Source: Faecousia sp. (GTDB taxonomy: Bacteria > Bacillota > Clostridia > Oscillospirales > Oscillospiraceae). Taken from it: 41,727 nucleotides of DNA. Made by a program: the position numbers and the translations under genes. The stretch covers positions 1 to 41,727 of the forward strand of contig JAZNLP010000054.1 in assembly GCA_045579165.1 (NCBI GenBank). Direction: 5' to 3'. This document shows positions 40,946 to 41,727 of this stretch, piece after piece. The first letter of the stretch is position 1. Every line of letters begins with the position of its first letter. A model generated the notes under the pieces. That model did no database searches, had not been told where the DNA came from, and saw nothing but the letters and a program-made list of their open reading frames with translations.

Positions 40946-41452
40946 CTCGGCCGGGTCGTGATCCCAAAGGAAATTCGGCACACCCTGCGCATCAAGGAGG
41001 GCTCGCCTCTGGAAATTTACACGGAAAAGGACGGGGGCGTGACCTTCCGGAAGTATTCGCCCCTTGGGGATCTGCAGGACTTCGCCGCCCAGATCTGCGA
41101 CTCCATCCGCCGAAACACCGGCTGCATCGCGGCGGTCAGCGACCGGGACACCATCATCGCCCAGGCCGGCGGCATGAAGCGGGAGCTCATGGACAAGCCC
41201 AACTCCGCCGAGCTGGAGCAGCTCATGGAGGAGCGGAAGCTCTACCGCTACAGCCCCGGCGGCGAAAAGCTCAAGCCCACGGAGCATTCCGACCGCTACC
41301 ACCTGGGGCTGGCCGCGCCGATCCTCTGCCAGGGGGACATCCTCGGCTGCGTGATGATGCTTCTGGAGGAAAACAGCGAGCTCCTCAGCGAATCCGACCA
41401 GCGCCTGGTCTCCACCGTGGCGGAGTTTCTGGGGAAGCAGATGGAGAGCTGA
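40940..41452 (+). pseudogene. spoVT: 3' part of interrupted stage V sporulation protein T gene
   Basis: DSLGRVVIPKEIRHTLRIKEGSPLEIYT...FRKYSP (AbrB-like domain) plus GAF domain ending AEFLGKQMES; canonical MKATGIVRR(I/V) N-terminus absent; no RBS before the in-frame TTG at 40928. Confidence 0.9.
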
Positions 41453-41465
41453 TCCATCAAAAATA

Positions 41466-41556
41466 GTAGGGGCGAGCCTCGCTCGCCCGACTGCCGCGCA
41501 GCGGCAGTGCTCTTCCCGTCCCTGCGGGACGGCGGGCGACCGAGGGTCGCCCCTAC
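41466..41556. repeat. GTAG-family REP doublet (REPIN-like) between convergent host genes
   Basis: GTAGGGGCGAGCCTCGCTCGCCC and inverted GGGCGACCGAGGGTCGCCCCTAC, with internal palindromes. Confidence 0.75.
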
Positions 41557-41566
41557 ATAGTCACTG

Positions 41567-41727
41567 TTATTTTACCACGTCCGTCCACTTCTTCGGAAAT
41601 TCCATAGGATTTCCGTTCTCATTCAGCCGCTTCTGCAGCCAGATGACCCCCAGCCAGCGGCCCATCTTGTAGCCGCAGTCTTCAAAGGTGGAGTGGTAGA
41701 CATAACCCAGGCGCTCGTGAAAAGCCA
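41567..41727 (-). CDS. C-terminus of GNAT acetyltransferase (phosphinothricin acetyltransferase-like); partial
   Basis: Manual translation AFHERLGYVYHSTFEDCGYKMGRWLGVIWLQKRL... Confidence 0.75.
   Translation of the reverse strand, partial: AFHERLGYVYHSTFEDCGYKMGRWLGVIWLQKRLNENGNPMEFPKKWTDVVK

Noticed and set aside
40928-41452. Intact spoVT starting at TTG 40928
   Set aside because: First four codons are not SpoVT-like, the conserved N-terminus is missing and there is no RBS

Overview
Right-hand ~41 kb of a large integrative mobile element in a Clostridia-type (probably Oscillospiraceae-like) genome, plus ~0.8 kb of host DNA. The element ends in a Tn916 orf7/orf8-like sigma-4/HTH pair, a DUF6870-like gene and three tandem large serine recombinases. 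These abut a host spoVT gene lacking its first ~10 codons, so the element appears to be inserted in spoVT; the left junction is not in the window. The backbone has three co-directional DNA-metabolism operons: ART-like/HD protein plus NAD+ ligase; SSB plus AAA plus vWA; and DUF932-like, YqaJ, RecD2, Rad52-like annealase and primase. It also has a ParM/ParR-like partition pair. Each of the three operons starts with the same unannotated cassette: a sigmaA promoter, two 14-nt direct repeats flanking a GNRA hairpin, and an intrinsic terminator. This looks like a coordinated attenuation/antitermination system. Cargo includes an internally deleted IS66, an AT-rich three-gene operon, a SLOG protein, a secreted Ntox44-like protein and a GAF-SARP regulator. 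No conjugation or phage structural genes were recognised. All family calls are from motif recognition by eye, not database searches.
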